Origin: Candidatus Latescibacterota bacterium | GTDB taxonomy: Bacteria > Latescibacterota > UBA2968 | Length of the DNA: 64,000 bases | NCBI GenBank assembly: GCA_965208125.1 | Contig: OZ242320.1 | Location: 3,232,001-3,296,000, forward strand | Reading direction: 5' to 3' | In this document: piece by piece, positions 38,602-49,909 of the stretch | How positions within the stretch are numbered: the first letter of the stretch is position 1 | Layout of the letters: the number at the start of each line of letters is the position of its first letter | Notes under the pieces: generated by a model | Databases searched by the model: none | What the model was told of the DNA's origin: nothing | What the model saw: the letters and a program-made list of their open reading frames with translations, nothing else | Translations under genes and position numbers: made by a program

Positions 38602-39696
38602 TTATTCGATTAAGGCTTCGGAGATGGCGTCGTGAAATTCGGGGCGGAGATGGGCAATTTGGTTGTTCTCGCGGGTGGGGTGTACGCGGTTGGTGAGGAG
38701 GATGACGCCGAGGTCCCGTATGGGGTCTCCCCATACGGATGTGCCGGTGAATCCGAGGATGCCAAAGGCTTGTTCGCTAAAGTAGCGGCCGCTCGAACTT
38801 TCGCCGGGTGAGACGGTGTCCCAGCCGAGTGCCCAGGTGCTGTTGGGCGCAATATTGGCGCGTGTGGTGAATTGTGGAATGCTCCGTTTGGGAAAGATAC
38901 CTGCGCCGAGCCATGCGAGCAGGCATTTCGACAGGTCATGGGCTGTGGAAAACAGGCCAGCGTGGGAGGCGATACCGCCCATTGCGGCGGCGTTTTCATC
39001 GTGGACTTCGCCGTGTACGAGGTGATCGCGCAAGTCGGAGCCGTCTTCCGTGGGCGCAATGCGGTGTTTGAGAGAGGGCGGTGGACAGTACCAGGTGTCG
39101 TTCATTTTGAGTGGTTCGAATATGTGTTGTTTGACGAGGTGATCCAGACGCTGGCCGCCGATGGTTTCGAGGATTTTGCCCAGGGTGAGAAAGCCCAGGT
39201 CGCTGTACACGGTGTCTGTGCCGGGTTCATAAATTAAGGGGTGTTGGCAGGCTGCGTTGAGCATGGCATCGCGGATGTCAATATCGTGCGCGGCGCGTTG
39301 GTTTTCGTACAGGTGAACATGTGCGGGCAGGCCGCTGCAATGGGCGAGCAGGTGCCGAATTGTGACGCGGTTTTTGTTTTTGCCGGTAAATGAAGGTATA
39401 TAGAATTGCACGGGTGCGTCGAGGTCCAGACGATCTTTATCGGCAAATAACATACAGAGCGTTGTTGTGGCGATGACTTTGGTAACGGAAGCGAGGTCGT
39501 AGAGGGTATTGATTTGTACGGGTGTGGCGTTGGGTTGATAGGTGTGGTGGCCCACAGCCCAGCAGGTGACGATGCCCGCACGGCGCAGGACGAGACCGAC
39601 AGCACCGGGGGTGGTGCGGGTATGCACCTGGCGTTGTAAGACTTGCCTGGCGCGGTCGAGTTTTTGCGAATTAAAACCGAGTTGTTCGGGTGTCAT
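38602..39696 (-). CDS. Serine hydrolase, beta-lactamase (AmpC/PBP-like) family
   Basis: YDLASVTK (SxxK), LLAHCSGL, YSDLGF, VHDENA, LLTNRVHP; start MTPEQLG at 39696 with GGGAGA RBS. Confidence 0.9.
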   Translation of the reverse strand: MTPEQLGFNSQKLDRARQVLQRQVHTRTTPGAVGLVLRRAGIVTCWAVGHHTYQPNATPVQINTLYDLASVTKVIATTTLCMLFADKDRLDLDAPVQFYIPSFTGKNKNRVTIRHLLAHCSGLPAHVHLYENQRAAHDIDIRDAMLNAACQHPLIYEPGTDTVYSDLGFLTLGKILETIGGQRLDHLVKQHIFEPLKMNDTWYCPPPSLKHRIAPTEDGSDLRDHLVHGEVHDENAAAMGGIASHAGLFSTAHDLSKCLLAWLGAGIFPKRSIPQFTTRANIAPNSTWALGWDTVSPGESSSGRYFSEQAFGILGFTGTSVWGDPIRDLGVILLTNRVHPTRENNQIAHLRPEFHDAISEALIE

Positions 39697-39801
39697 TTGT
39701 GTCTCCCAGTTTCCAGCCTCTTGCACGTAGCATTTCTGTGTCCTATATTGGTGAAAGTACGGGAAAAAAACAAAGGAAATTTGACAGGGGAAGGTCGTTT
39801 T

Positions 39802-40449
39802 ATGAGATATCGACATATCTTTGGAGTCGGCGCGTTTATCGCTTTGTTTTTTGCGATGTGTATGCCCGCTGAGGGACAGGTGAATGTGGAACGGCTCGAG
39901 AGCATTGCGCGACATGTGGCACGGGCGGTTTTAGCTGAGGGAGATTCTTTGACGGCAGAGCAGGTCGCATGGGTCGAGCGCATGACCGCGCAATTGGCAG
40001 AGGATGCGGCGTTTCTCGACGAGCAAAAACAGCGGTTAGAAGAGGTGCGTCGCGAAAGAGATGCGTCGATTCGGAATATCGCGAGTCAGGTTGCCAAAGG
40101 GATCGCTGTTCTGATTGCTCTGCTGGTTTTGTGGGCTATTTTTCGTGTTATTAGAAGAGGTGTGAGTGCCGAGTCGGGAAATGATCCTCTGGGGGTGTTG
40201 ATTGCGATGCGTACAGAAGCGCGGGCGCAGAAACTCGGCGAGACACTTGTTAAAGAAAATTTGGCGATGGGGGGAACTGTTGCGCCGAGTATCCGTTCAA
40301 TCTATCGCAGGGAGGATGGGGTGCGAGAAGCTGCGGAGGCGATGGTTTTTTTGAAGACGACGCGGGCGCAACTCAGCCATTTGATCGGCCGCGCAGAGGA
40401 ATTGGGTGGGGGCAAGACGCCAGAACTCGTTGTGATACGTGAGGGGTGA
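39802..40449 (+). CDS. Membrane-anchored protein with C-terminal degenerate CutA domain (copy 1)
   Basis: Signal peptide (AEG-Q), helical/coiled-coil segment, TM GIAVLIALLVLWAIF, then AQKLGETLVKENLA..SIRSIYR..E..VFLKTT..TPEL matching CutA. Confidence 0.7.
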   Translation: MRYRHIFGVGAFIALFFAMCMPAEGQVNVERLESIARHVARAVLAEGDSLTAEQVAWVERMTAQLAEDAAFLDEQKQRLEEVRRERDASIRNIASQVAKGIAVLIALLVLWAIFRVIRRGVSAESGNDPLGVLIAMRTEARAQKLGETLVKENLAMGGTVAPSIRSIYRREDGVREAAEAMVFLKTTRAQLSHLIGRAEELGGGKTPELVVIREG

Positions 40450-40453
40450 AAGG

Positions 40454-41131
40454 ATGTTAAAAGTCTGGATCGTCATTCTGTTTGGATTTTGTTTTGCTGC
40501 GTCCGCAGAGGCTGTGGAAGAGAATGCTTCGCGTATTGCGCGCGAGATGGTTCGCTCGCTGTACGGTTCTGAGCGCGTGAAGCCGTTGCCTCCTGTGGCG
40601 AATGCACAGGTGCGCGTTATTGCGAGAAGGTTGGCTGCAGAGTCGGATGGACGTTTTCAGCATGCGTTTTTTCAGGAGGAGGATCGCGAGCAAGGGGCGT
40701 TTTTCAGCGGGCTGATGAAGCACGTTCTTATCGGGGTGATGATTTGTCTGGTGTTTTTTGTGGTGCATACGGTTGTGCGAAAACTCGATGCGGCGCGGCG
40801 TCTGGGGAAAACTGATCGCGATGTCGCAGTTCAAGGTGGGTTGCGAAATGCGCCTTGTATTCTGGCTCTGCCCATGCCATCTGAGGCGGAGGCAAGTCGC
40901 GTTGGGCACGCGCTTGTTGCCGAGCGGTTGGCTGCGCGGGTAGATGTTTTTTCGCAGTATTTTTTGTCGCCGGATCGGGGTGAAGGTACCGTGCTTTTTG
41001 TGATGACTGTAAAAGGTCGCTTGAGGTCACTGAAAAAACGGTTGGGGAGTGTGTCTATGTCATTTCCCGTGTCGCATGGACACAGATCCTATTTGACGTG
41101 GATTGCCGATGCGGCTGATGGGAGGGGATGA
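40454..41131 (+). CDS. Membrane-anchored protein with C-terminal degenerate CutA domain (copy 2)
   Basis: Signal peptide (AEA-V), TM VLIGVMICLVFFVV, then PSEAEASRVGHALVAERLAARVDV...FPVSHGHRSYLTWI matching CutA start and end. Confidence 0.65.
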   Translation: MLKVWIVILFGFCFAASAEAVEENASRIAREMVRSLYGSERVKPLPPVANAQVRVIARRLAAESDGRFQHAFFQEEDREQGAFFSGLMKHVLIGVMICLVFFVVHTVVRKLDAARRLGKTDRDVAVQGGLRNAPCILALPMPSEAEASRVGHALVAERLAARVDVFSQYFLSPDRGEGTVLFVMTVKGRLRSLKKRLGSVSMSFPVSHGHRSYLTWIADAADGRG

Positions 41132-41174
41132 GGATGTCCGCTACAATGGTTTTCAGGGAGGGCAGGAGGTTGCT

Positions 41175-44100
41175 ATGTCATACCGTATTTCTCTCCTCGT
41201 GTTGCTGATGCTGTTTGCGTGTAGCAAAAAGTCGCCCGAAGACGCGCCACAATTCTATCCTTTGGAGACGGCGCGTATGGTGAGCCATGTGAGTGAGGGG
41301 GTGCTCGCATCGACTGATCCGATTCGCGTGCGCTTTGTGTCGCCTGTTGTTGGCAAAAGTCAGGTTGGACAGGTGTTGCGAACGCGCGTGTTTCGCTTTG
41401 TTCCTTCTATTGACGGTTTGGCGACATGGGAAGACGTGCGTACTCTTGTTTTCAAGCCAAATATACCGCTGACGTTGCGCACGGTCTATAGCGGTGAGCT
41501 CAGCATGGTCGATTTGTTTCCCCAGCACAAAGATCTGACGCCGCTCGTCATCCAGTTTGAGGTCGCGGGACGAGAACTCGTCGCACTCGAGGCAGATTTT
41601 GAGTTGCCCGATGCGAATGATCCTCAGCGTCTCGTTTTTAGTGGTCAGATTAGCTTTAACGAACGCGCGGATTCTTCGGCTGTGAGCGATGCGGTGGCGT
41701 TGCGTTTGGGAGATCAGCAGCTTGCACTCCATTGGCGCATCTTATCAGATGGCAAGACGCACGATTTTACAAGTTCCGAGATCACGCGCACAAAAGAGTC
41801 CCAAGAACTCGCGATGCATATTGACCGGGCTGATCTGGATCTCTCGCAAGACTACGACAATACATGGTCTCTGCCCCCTTTGTCAGCACTTTCCGTTGTT
41901 GAGATTGAAAAACACGCGGACCGGGATCGTCCGAGCATAAGCATCATTTTTTCAGATGATCTCGATTTTGGTCAGGATATCGCGGGGTTGATCACAGCCG
42001 ATCCACCGCAACAGCTTCAACTCAACGCGATTGGCAAAACAGTGAATGTTGTGGGCGATTTTCAGCACGGACAGCGTTATGTGTTGACTGTACATCCGGG
42101 GGTTCGCAGTCGCTGGGGCATTGCGCTGGCACAACCGCATACAGAGACGGTGGTTTTTGACGATATCAAGCCCCGCATGCGTTTTGCGCGTGACGGGGTA
42201 TTTTTGCCCACTTCTGGCAATCGGAGAATTCGGTTTCAAACGGTCAATGTGTCGCGCGTTCACCTCAAAATAGACAAGGTTTTTGAATCGAATCTGGGAC
42301 AGTTCTTGCAAGATCAAAAGGTGGATGGATCGCGCGGTCGCACGCGAGGTGGTTATATGCGCCGCGTGGGGGTAAATGTGGCGGATAAAAAACTGGATAT
42401 TGGCAGAAAAAAAAATATGTGGTTGCAGCACGAACTCGATCTGGATGATCTGATTTCCAAAGACGAGAAGGGGCTTTATCTGATCGGTCTCACTTTTGGG
42501 GCAGAGGATATGCTCTACGGAGATCCCGTAGAAGCGGCAGAGGCGCGTCAACAACGCAGGCGATACCGCGGAACTGATTATTTTAACAATCCTTATTCGC
42601 GCGGTTATGTCTATCAGCACGGGCGTATCTATAAACCTGTGGTTGTCAGCGATATCGGTCTTACGCATCAAAAGACGCATGATCGGCATCTCGTTTATGC
42701 CACCCATCTGGAAGACGCGCGCCCATTACCCGGAGTCACTATAACCCTGCGCACATACCAGAATCAGGTTGTGGAGCAGAAAGTTACAGATCGGAATGGT
42801 TTGGCGGATTTTAGTCCTGTGGAATCGGATGTTTTTTATATCGAGGCCGAGAAAGACGGGCAGCGCAGTTTTGTCAAATCGGGGGATATGGCGTGGAATC
42901 TATCGACTTTTGATACGGGAGGACGAGACCCCGCACCCGACGGTATTCGGGCGTTTTTTTACGCGGAGCGCGGGGTTTATCGACCTGGCGATGATATTCA
43001 TTTGTCGGCGATTGTGCGAAATCACAACCACACGTTTCCAGATGGGCATCCGATTTCGCTCGCGTTTTTCAATCCATTGGGACAGCGCGTGCTCACGCAG
43101 ACCAATCGCGAGGGGAAAGATGGATTTTACACTTTTGATTTATCGACTTCGGCCGACGCGCCAACGGGCAACTGGCGCGCTGAAATTGACGTGGGTAGCC
43201 GCAAGTTCAATCACAGAGTCAAGGTCGAAACCATTGTGCCTTTTCGTCTCAAGGTTTTTCTCGATCCGCAACTTGCAGAGCGGGACCGCGTGTTGAAAGC
43301 CGATCTGAGGAGTGTGTATTTATTTGGCAATCCAGCGGCGGGCTTAAAAGCCAGTGTCGATGTTACGTTGCGCAGTTCTTCGCTTGTATTTCCCAAGTAT
43401 GAGGGTTTTTCGTTGTCAATCAGGCAGTTCAATTCAAGCCGATTACAACCAATATTTTTTCGGGTGCTCTGGATGAGGAGGGCAAGGCCGCTATGTCGTG
43501 GGAGCTTCCTTCTTTGAGCGAAGCACCTTCGCGCCTGTCTGCGATATTGCGCGCCCGCGTGCTCGAAAAAGGCGGGCGACCCAATAGCACAGCGCGCATG
43601 GTACACATCGATCCGTTTGAGGTTTATGTGGGGTTGCGAAAGCCAGATATGGACTACGGTTTTATGCGCACCAATGCCTCTCTTGAAGTGCCCGTTGTTG
43701 CGGTGACGCCCGATGGGGAGACAGCGTCTGGACGCACGCTGATGTATCGCGTTTTTCACAATGAGAATTACTGGTGGTGGGAATACGATTCGAGGGATCA
43801 GTTTCGCCTGCGTTTTAAGCGGGATTTTAGTACGAAGAAGATTTTCGAAACATCGATTATTTCTCGTGATCGCCCGGTGCCGGTTGCGTTTACGCCCGAG
43901 GAAAAAGGAGAGTATTTGATTGAGGTGGCGGATGCGAATGGGCATAAGGCGTCGATTTTTATTCGCGCGTATCCCTGGGGCAGTTTGCCCGCAAGTGGGC
44001 GAGATGCCGGCGCACTGGTGCTCAAGACAGACCGCGAAAATTACGCGCCGGGTGAAACGGCTGTGGTGTCTTTTCCCGTGCCCGATATGTCGTCTGTGCT

Positions 44101-46651
44101 GGTGACTGTGTCACGGGGTGGAAGTGTGGTGCATTCGCAGTGGCATACGCCGAGCACGAGGAATACCGCGCAAATCGAGGTTCCCATTACAGCAGATATG
44201 GCACCGAACGCGTACGTGACGATATCTGTTATTCAGCCGCATAGACAGACGGCCAATGATCGCCCGTTGCGGATGTATGGGGTTGTGCCTTTGCGCGTGG
44301 TTGATTCAGATACACGACTCGATCTCACACTGACTGCGCCCGATGAACTCAAACCCGACGATTCTTTTGAGGTTGTCGTGCAAACGGATGATGAAAAACC
44401 CGCGCAGTTGACGCTGTCTGTTGTGGATGAGGGTTTGCTGGATATCACGCAGTTTTCCACGCCCGATCCATGGCGCGCGTTTTTTGGCAAGTTGCGTTTG
44501 GGGCTGCATATCTCCGATCTGTTTGGGCAGGTTATAGGTGTCAATATCGGCGATGTGTTTAAGACTTTTGCGATAGGCGGCGATGCTGCTCTGGCTGCTT
44601 ATCGGCGCGATAGGCTACCCGAGGAGCAGAAACAGCGTTTTAAGTCTGTATCGCTTTTCGAAGGTCCGATTGCAACCGACGATCAGGGGCGCGCTGTGGT
44701 TTCTTTTGTTATGCCCAATTACGTTGGTTCGGTGCGCATTATGGCTGTGGCTGCGCGGGGCAATGCTTATGGCAGTGTGGAAAAAACAGTGCCCGTGAAA
44801 ATGGATTTGATGGTTTTACCTACTTTGCCGCGCGTGTTGCGCCCCGGCGAGCGCATTGCTGTTCCCGCTACTGTATTTGCTATGGGAGATAGTTTGGGAT
44901 CTGTTGAGGTGGCGATCAGTACAGAGGGATTGCTTCGCGTTGATGGGCAGGCGCGAGATACTATTGCGTTTCGAGAAGCCGGTGAGGTAGATGTACTATT
45001 TATGTGTGTGGTGCCCAATGCTATTGGCGATGCGCGCGTTGCGATTACTGCGACTGCGGGCGATGTGATTGCCACGCATACGACGGATCTGGTCATTTCT
45101 CCTTCGTCGCCGCGCATCAGTTCCGATGAGACGCGGGAGATACGGCCGGGACAAGCGGTAGTACTTCCCGTTCCCGATCGGGGCATTCCCGGTTCCAATC
45201 GCGCACGTCTTACCCTGCATACGCGTCCAAATATGAAGCTCGGCAACCGTCTGCTGTGGCTGGTGCAATATCCCTACGGTTGTGTGGAGCAAGTGGTGTC
45301 GGCGGCATTTCCACAGTTGTATCTCAAGGATATTCTTCTCGTATCGGATAAGTCGAATGAGATTGCGCGGGAGATCGACGATCATATCAATGCTGCGATT
45401 CGACGGTTGCGCCGATTTCAACTGCCGTCGGGTGCGCTCAGTTATTGGCCGGGACGGTCTAAGCCCTCGATATGGGGTACGCTGTATGCCGGACATTTTT
45501 TGATTGAGGCCAATGCCCTCGGTTATTATGTGCCAGACGATCTGTTTGAAAGCTGGGTGCAATACGAGCAGTCTCGCGCTTTGACCACGCGCGATGATCT
45601 CATGATCCGAACCTATCGCGCCTACTTGCTCGCGCTGGCAAATCAACCCGCGCTGGGGGCGATGAATTTACTGAAGGAAAGCAGTTTGCGGGATATGACG
45701 GATGTGGAGAAATGGCTGTTGGCATCGGCGTATCACCGCGCGGGTGGTTCTGCGATAGCCAATGATATTCTCAAGGATGCAGGTACGCTTGCAAATGAGG
45801 GCAAGAGGTGGGAACATACCTTTGGGTCTGCGCTGAGAGATCGCGCGATGATTCTGGGGGCAATGATCGATTTTCAACGCTGGGGAGAAGCCGATCCTCT
45901 GGTTGATGAAATCGCGCTGGCTCTGGCATCGGACAGGTGGTATTCGACACAGGCGAGCAGTTTCGCACTGCTGGCACTGGGCAAGCATATCCGGGCGACT
46001 GAGGGGGATCAACCGTTGCGTTTGGCGGGTTCGGTGACATTGCCCGGTGGGGAGGTCGTGCCGTTTGATTCGGGTTCGCGGTTTTACAATGTCGATATCG
46101 AATCTGGATTTGGACAATCTGTTCGCGTCCAGCTCAATCCCGAGAGCACGGTGACGCGGGCGTTTGTGACACTCGAGTGGTCGGGTGTTCCGCTCAAGGA
46201 CGATGCAGTGGCCGAATCTCGCAGCTTGCAACTCGATGTGCGCTGGCGCGATGATGATGGCTTTTCCGTGTATCCCGATACGCTCAAACAGGGGACGACT
46301 TTCTGGGGACATTTCAGCGTGAAAAATACATCTGTCGCACATATCCGCGAGATTGCATTGACTCAGTTGTTGCCTTCGGGTTGGGAAATTGAAAATACGC
46401 GCTTGTCGGGCGCGCCAATGCCGAGGTGGACTGATAGTTTGGGTTTGGGCAGTGAGGCATATTTTGATATGCGCGACGATCGCGTAACATATTTTTTTGA
46501 CATCGCACCTGAGAGTAAGACGCAGAATTTTGTCGTGAAGCTCAATGCTGTTACCGCAGGCACATTTACCCAGCCACCCACACTTGTCGAGGCGATGTAC
46601 AATAATAAAGTTAAGGCGGTTGTGCCGGGTAAAACAGTGGTGGTGAGGTAG
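41175..46651 (+). pseudogene. Bacterial alpha-2-macroglobulin lipoprotein (YfhM-like), interrupted by a single -1 nt frameshift near 43413 (real or sequencing error)
   Basis: RBS AGGAGG, lipobox LFA-C; MG2 motif ERGVYRPGD; thioester YPYGCVEQ; RDDR and P..VEAMY at the C-terminus; the two ORFs join if one T is restored (FS[F]VNQAVQFKP...GALDEEGKA). Confidence 0.9.
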
Positions 46652-48937
46652 ATGAGGCGCCGATACAAAATTTTAATCGGTATTTTTGCGGGAATAGTAT
46701 TTCTGTACTTTGCCGTTCCGGTGCCGCATTTTTTAGCGGATTATAGCGCGGTTGTGCTGGATAAAGATGGGCGCATTTTGCGCGCTTTTCTCAATAACCG
46801 CCAGCAGTGGCATTTCCCGCCTCGGAAGGATGCGCGCGTTTCGCAGAAGCTCAAAGCGAGTGTGCTCTATTTTGAAGATCGGTATTTTGATTATCACTTT
46901 GGCGTCAATCCCGTGTCCGTGGTGCGCGCGCTGTATCAGAATTTGAAACAGGGCAGAACTGTGAGTGGCGCAAGTACGTTGACTATGCAAGTGGCGCGGC
47001 TGATGCACCCCAAACCGCGCACTTATTTTAACAAGGCACTGGAGATGCTTCAGGCGCTGAAGATGGAGATGCGGTATTCAAAAGAAGAGATTTTGCAACT
47101 TTATCTCGATCACGCGCCTTATGGCGGAAATGTGGTGGGCTATCGGGCAGCGGCGTTGCGTTTTTTTCGTAAATCGCCGGATCAGCTTACCTGGGCAGAG
47201 GCGGCATTGCTCGCGGTGTTGCCCAATGCGCCGGGAAAAATTTCGCCTCAGACGCATCCCGATCTTTTAAAAAAGAAGCGGGATGCGTTGCTTAACGCAT
47301 TGCACGGTGGGGGATATTTTGATGCAGAGACGCTGTATTTGGCAAAAAAAGAGTCTGTGCCGAGCAAGTCCCATCCATTTCCCATGCTGGCTTCTCATCT
47401 GGCGCGGTACATTAAAGATCGCCAGACGCCATTTGTTCATCCGACTACGATCGATCGGGATATTCAGATTCGAGCAGAAGCGCTCGTTGCGCGTCACGTC
47501 AGCAGGTTGCGGCAGCGCGGGATTCACAATGGTTTTGCCCTGATTGCGGATACCAAAACGGGTGCTGTTCGCGGGTATGTTGGATCCGAAAATTTTACAG
47601 ATAGCTACGTCGATGGGATTCACGCGCCGCGGTCGTCGGGTTCGCTGCTCAAGCCATTTCTCTACGCGCTCAGTATGGATGCGGGGCTGATTCTGCCACA
47701 GAGCAAAATTCGGGATATTCCGACGTATTACGGTTCGTTTTCGCCACACAATGCCAGTCGCACATTTCAGGGGCTTGTCTCGGCGCATGATGCTTTGATT
47801 TTGTCGGCGAATGTGCCTGCGGTACGCTTGCTTTATGAGTATGGTCTGGTGGCGTTTTACGAACGGCTCCGCGCGGCTGGTTTGACGACGTTGTTCCGCA
47901 CGCCCAATGATTACGGCTTGCCCCTCGTTCTCGGTGGTGCTGAGGTGACGGGTTGGGATATGGCGGTGCTTTTTCGCGGTTTGGGCAATGGGGGCGTGTT
48001 TCAGCCTCTTCATATAAATCCGACAGATCGCCCGTCTGAACCCGCGCGTTTGCTCAGTCGCGGTGCGTGTTATCTGGTGCTGAATACGTTGCGCGATCTT
48101 TCGCGGCCCGGAATAGAATTTTACTGGCATCAGTTTCAAAACCAATGGCCCATTGCGTGGAAAACGGGTACGAGTTATGGGCACCGCGATGCGTGGGCTG
48201 TGGGAGTGTCGCCACAGTGGACGATTGCTGTGTGGGTGGGTAATTTCGCGGGTGAAGGGGTGCCCGAGCTCACGGGCGCGCGCTGTGCTGCGCCTTTGTT
48301 TTTTGATTTGTTTAATAGTTTGCCCCGCGACCCCGATCAACGGTGGTTCGCGGCACCACAGGCAGATTTGATCCGGCGCGATGTTTGTGCTAATACTGGG
48401 TATCGCGCTGCGTCGCATTGTCCAGAGCGGGTTTCTGTGGAAGCACCCCGCGTACTTTTGAAAATTTGCCCGTATCACCGGGTTATTACGGTGAATGCCG
48501 ACAGTACACAGCGGGTATGCTCTCTTTGCTGGCAGCCGGGTGAACACCGTCGCGTTGCGCGTCTGGTGTATCCGCCAGATGTTGTTCACCACTTGCGGCA
48601 ACGCGGTCAAAGTAGGGGGGATTTGCCACCGCATCGCGCGGATTGTGCGGCGCAAGCAGGTCACGCACCTGTACATATTGTGTATCCGACGCGGAATGCG
48701 CGTCTCTATTTGCCCCGTGATTTTGACGGGACCTTGCAGAATGTCGTGTTGCGGGTGACACATCGCGATCAAAATCGCACGCTATACTGGTATCTCAACC
48801 ATCGCTATTTGGGAGAGACGAATACGCGGCACGTCAAATCCGTTGCGCTGCCAGCGGGCCAACACACTCTCGAGGTGATCGATGAGATCGGCCACTGCGA
48901 TCAAACGCGCTTTTACGTCTCGTCCAGACAGGGGTAA
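46652..48937 (+). CDS. pbpC: Penicillin-binding protein 1C
   Basis: EDRYF..HFGVNP, GASTLTMQ, SLLKPF, SAN, KTGTSYG.RDAW, PBP1C C-terminal domain; directly follows A2M. Confidence 0.93.
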   Translation: MRRRYKILIGIFAGIVFLYFAVPVPHFLADYSAVVLDKDGRILRAFLNNRQQWHFPPRKDARVSQKLKASVLYFEDRYFDYHFGVNPVSVVRALYQNLKQGRTVSGASTLTMQVARLMHPKPRTYFNKALEMLQALKMEMRYSKEEILQLYLDHAPYGGNVVGYRAAALRFFRKSPDQLTWAEAALLAVLPNAPGKISPQTHPDLLKKKRDALLNALHGGGYFDAETLYLAKKESVPSKSHPFPMLASHLARYIKDRQTPFVHPTTIDRDIQIRAEALVARHVSRLRQRGIHNGFALIADTKTGAVRGYVGSENFTDSYVDGIHAPRSSGSLLKPFLYALSMDAGLILPQSKIRDIPTYYGSFSPHNASRTFQGLVSAHDALILSANVPAVRLLYEYGLVAFYERLRAAGLTTLFRTPNDYGLPLVLGGAEVTGWDMAVLFRGLGNGGVFQPLHINPTDRPSEPARLLSRGACYLVLNTLRDLSRPGIEFYWHQFQNQWPIAWKTGTSYGHRDAWAVGVSPQWTIAVWVGNFAGEGVPELTGARCAAPLFFDLFNSLPRDPDQRWFAAPQADLIRRDVCANTGYRAASHCPERVSVEAPRVLLKICPYHRVITVNADSTQRVCSLCWQPGEHRRVARLVYPPDVVHHLRQRGQSRGDLPPHRADCAAQAGHAPVHIVYPTRNARLYLPRDFDGTLQNVVLRVTHRDQNRTLYWYLNHRYLGETNTRHVKSVALPAGQHTLEVIDEIGHCDQTRFYVSSRQG

Positions 48938-48960
48938 TTTGGTAGGCAGGTGAAAAATCT

Positions 48961-49872
48961 ATGTACATTCCAGAAACTCTCTCGTCTAATCCAAAATGGG
49001 CTGAATGGATCGAACGGCTGCCAGATATCGTCGCTGCGTGTGCAAAGCGGTGGGATCTTCGCATTGAAGATCCCATGACAGAAGATTATGCCGAGATGTC
49101 CTATAGCTATATCGCACCGGCGACGGATGCGAGAGGCACAGAGGTTATTCTGAAAATCGGTTCGCCCGTGCAACTGGCGGAAAACTGGCAACAAGAGTGC
49201 CATGCGCTGCAACTTTGCAATAGTAATGGTACGGTCAAGTTGCTCGATTTTGACGAGGCGTTGGGCGTGCTGATGCTCGAGCGCATTCGTCCCGGTGTCC
49301 CTCTGGGTGTTTGCCCGGATGACGAGGAGAATACGCGCATTGCCGCTCGGCTGATGAAAAAGTTCTGGCAACCCGTTCCAAAAATTCACAGTTTTCGACC
49401 TACGGCGTATGAAATAGATGGCTTTGATAAGTTGCGCAAAAAATTCAATGGCGGCACCGGACCGCTGCCCGAAAAGTGGGTTGTGCGCGCCGAAACACTT
49501 TACGATGAGTTGATGAGTACGAGTACAGAAACGGTTGTTTTGCACGGCGATTTGCATCACTGGAATATTTTGAGTTCAGAGCGCGACCCCTATCTCGTCA
49601 TTGATCCCAAAGGTTATTTTGGCGATCCGGGTTACGAGGTCGGTGCTTTTTTGGCGAATTATCCCGATGCTTCCTGTGATGGATGCGACAGGGGTGAAAT
49701 CGATGTTCGCCGCGTGGAGATTATGGCCGAAGAGTTGGATATCCCGCGCGAGCGTATTATCAAATGGGGTCTGGTTTTGGCTTTAATCTGGGCGAGATGG
49801 AGCGCGGATACGCCCGAGGAGTTCTGGCGTACAGATATCAGTCGCGCCCAGGCGTTGGATCAGTTGCTTTAG
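48961..49872 (+). CDS. Aminoglycoside/hydroxyurea phosphotransferase family (APH(6)-like) kinase
   Basis: W.ERLP......W.L, MLERIRPG, LHGDLHHWNIL, IDPKG..GDP.YE. Confidence 0.85.
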   Translation: MYIPETLSSNPKWAEWIERLPDIVAACAKRWDLRIEDPMTEDYAEMSYSYIAPATDARGTEVILKIGSPVQLAENWQQECHALQLCNSNGTVKLLDFDEALGVLMLERIRPGVPLGVCPDDEENTRIAARLMKKFWQPVPKIHSFRPTAYEIDGFDKLRKKFNGGTGPLPEKWVVRAETLYDELMSTSTETVVLHGDLHHWNILSSERDPYLVIDPKGYFGDPGYEVGAFLANYPDASCDGCDRGEIDVRRVEIMAEELDIPRERIIKWGLVLALIWARWSADTPEEFWRTDISRAQALDQLL

Positions 49873-49909
49873 ATGATGTGTCATATCACACTAACCGTAA
49901 GGAGATTTT

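Noticed and set aside
38602-39696. Calling this a true beta-lactamase (ampC)
   Set aside because: No signal peptide; motifs fit the broader serine hydrolase/amidase group
39781-39810. Perfect TTGACA as -35 box for the CutA-like genes
   Set aside because: A properly spaced -10 would overlap the proposed start codon; no convincing match
47267-48772. 501-aa antisense ORF inside pbpC
   Set aside because: Shadow of a well-supported gene; no motifs, explained by codon bias
48961-49872. Calling this a streptomycin resistance gene (strB/aph(6))
   Set aside because: Family motifs only; no mobile context and substrate cannot be inferred
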